Source: an uncultured Ruminococcus sp.
GTDB lineage: Bacteria; Bacillota; Clostridia; Oscillospirales; CAG-272
Direction of reading: 5' to 3'
NCBI GenBank assembly: GCA_964621165.1
Contig: CAZULC010000011.1
Span: 438 to 64,437 of the forward strand
Length of the DNA stretch: 64,000 bases
This document shows positions 1-7,248 of this stretch, one piece after another. The position numbers and the translations under genes were made by a program. Below the pieces are notes generated by a model, which saw only the letters and a program-made list of their open reading frames with translations, did not search any database and was not told the DNA's origin. Numbering within the stretch: position 1 is the first letter of the stretch; every line of letters begins with the position of its first letter.

Positions 1-84
1 GAAAAACCTCAAGCCGGCACCCGACGGGACTATAGTGGATTTGAAATTAGGAAAAAATGATTAAACCCCACACAGGAGGCAAAC

Positions 85-961
85 ATGACCCTACCATATC
101 GAATATAACAAAATCCTACGGAAATAACCGTGCTCTCTCCGGCTTCACCGCAACGCTGACTCCCGGAATTTACGCACTTCTCGGTCCAAACGACTCCGGC
201 AAGTCCACCCTCATGAACATACTCACCGACAACCTCAAGGCGGACTCGGGGACTGTCACCTGCGACGGGGAAAACGTCCTCGACATGGGAGTGCGGTTCC
301 GGGAAAAGCTCGGCTTCATGCCCCAGTATCCCGGACTCTACCCAAACTTCACGGTTGAGAGGTTCATGTGGTACATGGTGGCCCTCAAGGAAATCTCAAA
401 GGCGGAAGCAAAGGCGCAGGTTCCGGAAATTCTCGCGGCTGTGGAGCTTGACGACGTTTCAAGACGGAAAATCGGCGCGCTGTCCGGCGGAATGAAGCAG
501 AGACTCACCCTCGCTCAGGCAGTTTTAGGCAGTCCGGAAATACTCATTCTCGACGAACCTACAGCCGGACTTGACCCGAAACAGCGGATTTCCGTGCGGA
601 GCTACATCTCAAAAATAGAATTCGACAAAATCGTAATAATCGAGACCCATGTTGTGTCCGACGTGGAGTTTATCGCGCGGGACGTGATTATGCTGAAAAA
701 AGGCGTAATCGTCGACAACGCGCCACCGCAGGATTTGACGAGGAAAATTGACGGCAAGGTTCTTTCCATTTTTTCATGAGCCGAAAGCGAGGTGCAGGCA
801 ATGCAGAAACGTTTCAGAGTGACGAATATTGCGCGTGACGAGCAGACGGGTGAGGTGCTTCTGCAGGTTCTTTCGGATAAGGTTCCGGAGAGGGCAAAAA
901 AGTACCGCCAAATCTCGAGGACTACTATTTATACGTCTTCGGCGACTTTTCCGGTGCATAG
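85..961 (+). pseudogene. ABC transporter ATP-binding protein (ABC-2 / bacitracin-lantibiotic export type), disrupted
   Basis: ORF 57..779 carries a Walker A-like GPNDSGKST, the signature LSGGMKQR and Walker B ILILDEP. AGGAGG (74-79) plus ATG at 85 is out of frame with that ORF, indicating a 5' frameshift. An in-frame TGA at 777-779 is followed by a same-frame continuation (AESEVQAMQKRFRVTNIARDE...). After an A-run frameshift near 895-905, another frame reads VPPNLEDYYLYVFGDFSGA* (stop 959-961), a typical C-terminus for this family. No permease gene follows. Confidence 0.8.
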
Positions 962-1042
962 GATTCAATTCAGACAGGTTCGGCTCGGTGCAAAAAGGAG
1001 CGCGGGCCTGTTTTTCTGAATCGCATGAGTTTGAGCAGGGGA

Positions 1043-1071
1043 TTGACTTTGCGAGGGTTTTATGCTATACT
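1043..1071 (+). promoter_or_regulatory. sigma70-type promoter (TTGACT-17-TATACT) upstream of the HTH pseudogene
   Basis: TTGACT at 1043-1048, 17-nt spacer, TATACT at 1066-1071. A second candidate, TGGACA-17-TATACT with a TG-extended -10, has its -10 at 1149-1154. Confidence 0.5.
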
Positions 1072-1160
1072 GGGATCAGTCCGCAGACTCAATGCTCCGT
1101 TGAATTTTCTTCATGTTTGCATACATGGACATATGACGATAAATCTGGTATACTTTAATC

Positions 1161-1177
1161 ACGTAACCGGTTTACGT
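1161..1177. promoter_or_regulatory. near-palindromic operator candidate ACGTAACCGGTTTACGT
   Basis: Arms ACGTAA / TTACGT flank a CCGGT core. The site lies between the proximal -10 and the ATG of the XRE-family gene, a position typical of autoregulatory operators. Confidence 0.35.
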
Positions 1178-1204
1178 AATCTAAAACACAAAAGTAGCAA
1201 AATT

Positions 1205-2371
1205 ATGAAAGAATCAATGAGACAGATTATCAGGCGGCTGCGGAAGGAGCGGGGATTCACGCAGGAGGAGCTTGCGGAACAGCTGAACATCACATATCAG
1301 GCGGTCAGCCGCTGGGAAAACGAAACGGGATTGCCGGACATATCGCAGGTAGTGCCCCTTGCCAACGTTTTAGGCGTGACGGCGGACGTGCTTTTCGGAA
1401 TGCAGAGCAAAAAAACAACGAAGCCGAAATCGACAGCTTCATTGATGAGATGGAGAAGAAAATCTACTTTCCGCCGGAAGGGGAGGATTATCTCGAGCAC
1501 CAAAGAAAATGCTGTGACGAGGTGAAGGAAAAGCTGAAAATCTACCCGAACAACCCGAAGCTGCTCAAGTATTCTATAGGAAACTTGGTTAACCTTATTG
1601 ATTTGTACTACCACCTTCTGCCGCTCTCCCCTAAATATAAAAAGGAAGAGAAGATTAAAGCCCTGCTCAGAGAGTGCGTGCGCCAGTCAAATCTGATTCT
1701 GAAATACTCCGATAACGCCGAGTACCGTCGATATGCCAGCGGATGGATGGTCAGAGCTTATGAAACGCTGGACGAATACGACAAAGCTGAGGAATACGCA
1801 AACAATCTGACACAGCTCGATATAATTCAACGACAAATTCTATCGGCTCGGCTATTTATACAGCCTGTCAGGACGCAATTATGAAGCGATACCGTTTCAC
1901 AGCGTCGCCATCCGTAACGCTCTCGATTACCTGAGCACGCACCTTAGAGAAATCGGGAACTGCTGGCGCGGATTGGGAAAGCTCGAGAAAGCATACGCCT
2001 GCCACCGCTTTATACCGGATTTGTAAGACTACATGACAGGTGAACGTGAGAACGGATTTCCAATTTATGTCAATACACATTATGTTTACTGCGCACGGTA
2101 CTGCGTTGGCTTGGGACGGTGCGACGAAGCTCTCGACTGGCTTGATAGGTACGCAAAAAGTGAATTCCTTTACGTGAAAAAATACCGAGAAATCACAAAA
2201 TCCACTCTGCCATACTTAGCCGGAGCGGAGATTAACTACAGAGAACAAACCCGCTCAGCAGGTGAGAACATTCTGGATTGTCTGAGATGGAAATGGTTCG
2301 ACCCCATCCGCGACAACCCCCGCTTCAAATCTCTCGTGAAGGCGGCGGAGGAATCAATCGAAACAAAATAA
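1205..2371 (+). pseudogene. XRE-family HTH regulator with C-terminal TPR-like domain, disrupted
   Basis: The N-terminus RQIIRRLRKERGFTQEELAEQLNITYQAVSRWENETGLPDI is a classic HTH_3 motif. The frame switches in an A7 run near 1399-1406 (the next frame reads NEAEIDSFIDEMEKKIYF...). A second shift occurs near 1845. An in-frame TAA at 2024-2026 (…FIPDL*DYMTGERENG…) is followed by a continuation to the stop at 2371. Confidence 0.8.
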
Positions 2372-2389
2372 CATATTCAGGAGGAGCTT

Positions 2390-3157
2390 ATGCTTAACAT
2401 AAACCTGCAAAGGAAAACCGCACTTGTGACCGGAGCGTCGGGTCAGCTCGGCAGAACAATATGCCGGACCTTAGCCGACTGTGGAGCGGACATAATTCTG
2501 CACTGCCACAAAAACAAAGCCAAAGCGGAGGAAATCGCCGCTGACATCCGTGAAAAATACGGCGTGAGGACTTACGTTGTGTCAGCCGACGTGGGCGACC
2601 TCGGGTCCGTTACGGCAATGCGGGACTCAATCCAGTCGGACTTTAACCTGCCCGATATTGTGGTTGCGGCGGCGGTGGAGCAGTACGAGTGGGTGTCAGT
2701 CCTCGAGCAGGATATACGCGACTACGAGGGTCAGTTCCGCACATGCGTTCTCCACAACGTGAACCTTGCAAAGGCATTCGTTCCCCACATGATTGAGAAG
2801 CACTACGGCAAATACGTGGGAATCAACACGGAATGCGCCATGCGGTGTGCTGAAACGGAATCTGCGTACGACGCGGCAAAGCGTGGAATGGACGGGGTCC
2901 TGCGGGTTCTCGCCAAAGAGGTGGGACGGTATGGAATCACGGTGAACCAGGTGGCTCCCGGCTGGACAATCAGCGACAGGGACCGGGAAAACCACACCGA
3001 ATCCTCGCCTGACTACGAGAGAACCATCCCCATGAGACGGCGGGGAACGGACTTCGAGATAGCGGCGGCGGTGGCGTTTCTGTCGTCGAATCTGTCGGAC
3101 TTCATCACAGGCGTGTATCTCCCGGTCTGCGGCGGAGCTGAAATGCCGTGCATCTGA
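2390..3157 (+). CDS. short-chain dehydrogenase/reductase (FabG-like SDR)
   Basis: 255-aa ORF with the AGGAGG RBS. It has the TGASGQLG cofactor motif, the YDAAK catalytic Yx3K, and an SDR-length fold. Confidence 0.85.
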   Translation: MLNINLQRKTALVTGASGQLGRTICRTLADCGADIILHCHKNKAKAEEIAADIREKYGVRTYVVSADVGDLGSVTAMRDSIQSDFNLPDIVVAAAVEQYEWVSVLEQDIRDYEGQFRTCVLHNVNLAKAFVPHMIEKHYGKYVGINTECAMRCAETESAYDAAKRGMDGVLRVLAKEVGRYGITVNQVAPGWTISDRDRENHTESSPDYERTIPMRRRGTDFEIAAAVAFLSSNLSDFITGVYLPVCGGAEMPCI

Positions 3158-3199
3158 ATAAAGAAAGAGTGGAATGACGCGGGTTCTGCTCTTTTTTGT

Positions 3200-3288
3200 C
3201 TGCGGGAGCTATTGTTTAGAATCGTGTGATTGCTCTCCTGTTCAGCTGGAGAAATGCCATATTACCCGCGGGGGTGTCCCTGCCCACA
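3200..3288 (+). repeat. family-2 intergenic repeat, unit 1 of a tandem pair (~89 bp)
   Basis: Starts CTGCGGGAGCT, contains GTGATTGCT..CCTGTTCAGCTGGAGAAATGCC, and ends CCCGCGGGGGTGTCCC. It is directly followed by unit 2. Confidence 0.75.
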
Positions 3289-3375
3289 CTGCGGGAGCTA
3301 AAGAGGCGTCGTCTGTGATTGCTTCCCTGTTCAGCTGAAGAAGTGCCGAATATGCCCGTGGGGGCTTCCACTGTA
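3289..3375 (+). repeat. family-2 intergenic repeat, unit 2
   Basis: CTGCGGGAGCT...GTGATTGCTTCCCTGTTCAGCTGAAGAAGTGCCGAATATGCCCGTGGGGGCTTCC is collinear with unit 1 and with the inverted copy at 11795-11880. Confidence 0.75.
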
Positions 3376-3544
3376 TTCAGCACGATTGTTTAAGATGAAA
3401 AATATACTTAACAGAAATAATTTCGCTTATATTAATAATCAGCCATATTGAATTACATATTTTTGATTTTCCTAAAATGTCAAGCTAATAATTAGCTGAG
3501 ATAAAGAATTTTTGTAAATTAGCTATTATTGGTTACTTTTTTAG

Positions 3545-3573
3545 TTGACAAACTTCTGTCAATCTGTTATAAT
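3545..3573 (+). promoter_or_regulatory. sigma70 promoter TTGACA-17-TATAAT
   Basis: TTGACA at 3545-3550, 17-nt spacer, TATAAT at 3568-3573. It lies about 60 nt upstream of the lipoprotein ATG. Confidence 0.65.
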
Positions 3574-3634
3574 GATTGTGTCGATAATGAAGGTTGGTAT
3601 CGTCAATAAAATATTTTTAACGGAGGGTTTACAA

Positions 3635-5161
3635 ATGAAAAAGAAAATTTCGCTTCTTTTGGCTGTCTTGCAGATCACATTGATACTTGCGGCATGTTCA
3701 AACGGAGATGACAGCAATAGTGACTCATCAGCTTCCGGAGATGGAACAAATTCTGCATCCGGACAGACAGAAACGGAAGAGCAGACTGAAACAGAAGAGC
3801 CTGATCCTTTTGCGGATGTGGATTACGACGGCAGATCACTGAGGATCTACACCTCAATAGACACAAACGACGCTACAAACGGCGACAGATTCATTCGCGG
3901 CACCGGCGAAATCACCGGTGAGGCAGTCAATGACGCGGTGTATAACCGTAACCAGAAGGTGTCACAGCTTCTCGATATAAAGCTCGAATACGTTGAGGCA
4001 AACTACTATTACGCCGAAGTTGTACCCAACCTCAAAACCGAAATTCAGAGCGGCAGCAATGACTGGGATATTATCGCAAATGACCTGCGTGCTATCGCAA
4101 ACCTCTCCTCCGGCGGATATATCAAGAATATTTACTCCACCAATATACTCGATCTCGAAAAGTCCTACTGGTACAGCGAAGCTATGGACGATCTTCAGTT
4201 CATAGAGGGCGGTAAATTCTGTATTTTAGGCGACTACTTTACCGATATTATTGCATCCGCACACACCCTTTATGTAAATGAAACAAAAATGAATGCTCTC
4301 TATGGAGATACAGATTACGTAAACAAAATGGTTTTTGACGGCACATGGACTATTGATGAGTGGACTAAGATAGTTGATGCCGCATACGAAGACACAAACG
4401 GCAACGGTACAGCTGATTCTGATGACTTTTACGGCTATACGTCAATCGGCTACTGGGGTCCCGCTATTCCATCACTCATGGGTATGGACATTCAGTTTGT
4501 AACGAAGACAGACGATGGCGTTGAATATTCGTTCAACAACGAAAAATCCATAACCGTTCTTGAAAAGCTAAACGCACTGTACTTCTCTACCGGAACAAAC
4601 GCGGGACTGAGCGATGTTACAGATATGCGTACGAACTTCGCAAACGGCAGTACTCTGTTCATGGGATATAACCGTCTCGGCGATATGGAATACCTCCGCG
4701 ACGTCGAATTTGAAGTAGGCGTTGTTCCTTACCCAAAGTATGACACAGCTCAGGAAAACTATAATACATCCCTCCACGACACAACCGAAATCGGTGCTAT
4801 TCCCTCATTCGTCGTAGGAGACGACCTCAATTTCGTACTCACATGTCTCGAAGTTCTGTGCCGTGAAACTTCCAAGACCGTTATCCCAGAGTACTACGAA
4901 AACGGACTTAAAGTCAAGTATGCTGACGGTGAGGATGACGCCAAGATGGTTGACATAATCCATGATTCCATATGCTCACCGTTCGCTGTGGCATATGACG
5001 AACTTCTTGGCAACTTCCTCCTTAGAAACTGCCTCCTTGACAGACTTGCCGAAAATTCCACCGATTTCGCTTCCGCTTACAAGACCTACGAAAAATCTGG
5101 AAACAAGCTGCTAAGAAAGATAACTGACAACTTTAAGGAAGTTATCGAAAATGATCCGTAA
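3635..5161 (+). CDS. large extracellular solute-binding-type lipoprotein, paralog 1
   Basis: GGAGG RBS with ATG at 3635. Signal peptide with lipobox (LILAAC). A Ser/Thr/Glu-rich linker (QTETEEQTETEE) follows. The ~480-aa body resembles the large sugar-binding SBPs of Clostridia (NDAVYNRNQKV motif). No adjacent permease genes. Confidence 0.75.
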   Translation: MKKKISLLLAVLQITLILAACSNGDDSNSDSSASGDGTNSASGQTETEEQTETEEPDPFADVDYDGRSLRIYTSIDTNDATNGDRFIRGTGEITGEAVNDAVYNRNQKVSQLLDIKLEYVEANYYYAEVVPNLKTEIQSGSNDWDIIANDLRAIANLSSGGYIKNIYSTNILDLEKSYWYSEAMDDLQFIEGGKFCILGDYFTDIIASAHTLYVNETKMNALYGDTDYVNKMVFDGTWTIDEWTKIVDAAYEDTNGNGTADSDDFYGYTSIGYWGPAIPSLMGMDIQFVTKTDDGVEYSFNNEKSITVLEKLNALYFSTGTNAGLSDVTDMRTNFANGSTLFMGYNRLGDMEYLRDVEFEVGVVPYPKYDTAQENYNTSLHDTTEIGAIPSFVVGDDLNFVLTCLEVLCRETSKTVIPEYYENGLKVKYADGEDDAKMVDIIHDSICSPFAVAYDELLGNFLLRNCLLDRLAENSTDFASAYKTYEKSGNKLLRKITDNFKEVIENDP

Positions 5162-5191
5162 GCCTTATATAAAGTCAAAATAAATACAATA

Positions 5192-5236
5192 ATCCCCGGG
5201 AATGAGAATATACTCAGACTCGGGGGATATTTTTTA
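5192..5236 (+). terminator. rho-independent terminator candidate
   Basis: ATCCCCG ... CGGGGGAT hairpin followed by ATTTTTTAT. Confidence 0.55.
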
Positions 5237-5249
5237 TAATTAAGTTAAA

Positions 5250-5350
5250 TTAAAGCTGAGAGCGGATAATTTTACCGCTGGTGGTTTTCGGTAAATCCGA
5301 CTTGAATTCCACGATTCTCGGGTATTTGTAAGGAGCGGTGTTCTTCTTGA
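5250..5350 (-). pseudogene. orphan 3' fragment (last ~33 codons) of the acyl-CoA synthetase gene
   Basis: Identical to 7148-7248, the C-terminal coding end of ORF 7148..9439. Identity stops abruptly at 5350. No upstream coding continuation. Confidence 0.85.
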
Positions 5351-5423
5351 TTTAGATTCAAAACTTAATAATAACCGAAATAAGAAATATTTGTAAATTT
5401 ACGGCTCGATTGTGCTTTTTGTA

Positions 5424-5452
5424 TTGACAAATTTGCATCAAACTGCTACAAT
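5424..5452 (+). promoter_or_regulatory. sigma70 promoter TTGACA-17-TACAAT
   Basis: TTGACA at 5424-5429 and TACAAT at 5447-5452. It is homologous in position to the promoter at 3545. Confidence 0.6.
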
Positions 5453-5535
5453 AACTATATCCTTAAATAATGTTGAATAACATATATTTAAGAAATATAT
5501 GTGTTTGCATTAACTATTTTACGGAGGAAATTATC

Positions 5536-7059
5536 ATGAAAAAGATGGTTGCATTGTTTCTTGTGACTGTTCAGTTGCTACTCGCACTTGCCGCCTGCTC
5601 AAATGGTGACAGCGATACAGAAACTACGTCTGTGACAAATGAAAATACGCCGTCCGATGAGCAGACAGAAACGGAAGAACAGACTGAAACAGAAGAGCCT
5701 GATCCTTTTGCGGATGTGGATTACGATGGCAGAGCACTGAGGATTTACACCTCAATCGACACAGACGACGCCACAAACGGGGATCGATTTATCCGGGGCT
5801 CAGGCGAAATCACCGGTGAGGCAGTCAATGACGCGGTGTATAACCGTAACCAGCAGGTGTCACAGCTTCTCAACATAAACTTAGAGTACACTGAAGCCAA
5901 CTATAATATGACCGTCGTTCTTGCCAATCTGAAAAATGAAATTCAGTCTGGAACAAACGATTGGGATGTCATAGCAAATGACATACGCACTATCGCAAAC
6001 CTCTCCTCCGGCGGATATATCAAGAATATTTACTCCACCAATATACTCGATCTCGAAAAGTCCTACTGGTACAGCGAAGCTATGGACGATCTTCAGTTCA
6101 TAGAGGGCGGTAAATTCTGTATTTTAGGCGACTACTTTACCGATATTATTGCATCCGCACACACCCTTTATGTAAATGAAACAAAAATGAATGCTCTCTA
6201 TGGAGATACAGATTACGTAAACAAAATGGTTTTTGACGGCACATGGACTATTGATGAGTGGACTAAGATAGTTGATGCCGCATACGAAGACACAAACGGC
6301 AACGGTACAGCTGATTCTGATGACTTTTACGGCTATACGTCAATCGGCTACTGGGGTCCCGCTATTCCATCACTCATGGGTATGGACATTCAGTTTGTAA
6401 CGAAGACAGACGATGGCGTTGAATATTCGTTCAACAACGAAAAATCCATAACCGTTCTTGAAAAGCTAAACGCACTGTACTTCTCTACCGGAACAAACGC
6501 GGGACTGAGCGATGTTACAGATATGCGTACGAACTTCGCAAACGGCAGTACTCTGTTCATGGGATATAACCGTCTCGGCGATATGGAATACCTCCGCGAC
6601 GTCGAATTTGAAGTAGGCGTTGTTCCTTACCCAAAGTATGACACAGCTCAGGAAAACTATAATACATCCCTCCACGACACAACCGAAATCGGTGCTATTC
6701 CCTCATTCGTCGTAGGAGACGACCTCAATTTCGTACTCACATGTCTCGAAGTTCTGTGCCGTGAAACTTCCAAGACCGTTATCCCAGAGTACTACGAAAA
6801 CGGACTTAAAGTCAAGTATGCTGACGGTGAGGATGACGCCAAGATGGTTGACATAATCCATGATTCCATATGCTCACCGTTCGCTGTGGCATATGACGAA
6901 CTTCTTGGCAACTTCCTCCTTAGAAACTGCCTCCTTGACAGACTTGCCGAAAATTCCACCGATTTCGCTTCCGCTTACAAGACCTACGAAAAATCTGGAA
7001 ACAAGCTGCTAAGAAAGATAACTGACAACTTTAAGGAAGTTATCGAAAATGATCCGTAA
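5536..7059 (+). CDS. large extracellular solute-binding-type lipoprotein, paralog 2
   Basis: GGAGG RBS with ATG at 5536 and lipobox LALAAC. The N-terminal third has diverged from paralog 1. The protein is identical from IANLSSGGYIKNIY to the C-terminus. Confidence 0.75.
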   Translation: MKKMVALFLVTVQLLLALAACSNGDSDTETTSVTNENTPSDEQTETEEQTETEEPDPFADVDYDGRALRIYTSIDTDDATNGDRFIRGSGEITGEAVNDAVYNRNQQVSQLLNINLEYTEANYNMTVVLANLKNEIQSGTNDWDVIANDIRTIANLSSGGYIKNIYSTNILDLEKSYWYSEAMDDLQFIEGGKFCILGDYFTDIIASAHTLYVNETKMNALYGDTDYVNKMVFDGTWTIDEWTKIVDAAYEDTNGNGTADSDDFYGYTSIGYWGPAIPSLMGMDIQFVTKTDDGVEYSFNNEKSITVLEKLNALYFSTGTNAGLSDVTDMRTNFANGSTLFMGYNRLGDMEYLRDVEFEVGVVPYPKYDTAQENYNTSLHDTTEIGAIPSFVVGDDLNFVLTCLEVLCRETSKTVIPEYYENGLKVKYADGEDDAKMVDIIHDSICSPFAVAYDELLGNFLLRNCLLDRLAENSTDFASAYKTYEKSGNKLLRKITDNFKEVIENDP

Positions 7060-7248
7060 GCCTTATATAAAGTCAAAATAAATACAATAATCCCCGGGAA
7101 TGAGAATATACTCAGACTCGGGGGATATTTTTTATAATTAAGTTAAATTAAAGCTGAGAGCGGATAATTTTACCGCTGGTGGTTTTCGGTAAATCCGACT
7201 TGAATTCCACGATTCTCGGGTATTTGTAAGGAGCGGTGTTCTTCTTGA
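5990..7248. repeat. second copy of the 1,259-bp identical tract
   Basis: See 4092-5350. This copy is contiguous with the intact synthetase gene. Confidence 0.85.
7090..7134 (+). terminator. rho-independent terminator candidate (copy of 5192-5236)
   Basis: Same hairpin plus T-run. It sits between the convergent lipoprotein and synthetase genes. Confidence 0.55.

Larger units (their letters stand above)
4092..5350. repeat. 1,259-bp tract apparently identical to 5990-7248 (offset 1,898 bp)
   Basis: By-eye nucleotide comparison found no differences from 4092/5990 through 5350/7248. Position 4091 (g) differs from 5989 (a), and 5351 (t) differs from 7249 (c). The tract covers the 3' two-thirds of the lipoprotein gene, the terminator, and 101 bp of the convergent synthetase gene. 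Confidence 0.85.

Noticed and set aside
777-779. Possible stop-codon reassignment or programmed read-through, because conserved genes contain in-frame TGA (777, 36300), TAG (17746, 57050, 57671) and TAA (2024, 38975, 52718, 56813, 56927).
   Set aside because: All three codons also terminate intact, conserved genes at the expected lengths: atpA ends ...SEH-TGA, fabG ends with TAG, and atpF and efp end with TAA. The same broken genes also carry frameshifts and degraded catalytic motifs. Ordinary pseudogenisation explains the data.
792-1158. ORFs 792..1019 and 829..1158 as independent small genes.
   Set aside because: ORF 792..1019 is the same-frame continuation of the ABC ATPase after its in-frame TGA. 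After the A-run frameshift, the true C-terminus (VPPNLEDYYLYVFGDF) lies in another frame. ORF 829..1158 is an Arg-rich shadow frame.
3200-3375. The tandem ~89-bp repeats as a CRISPR array.
   Set aside because: There are only two units, they are directly abutting with no spacers, the unit length is far above CRISPR repeat size, and no cas genes are present in the window.
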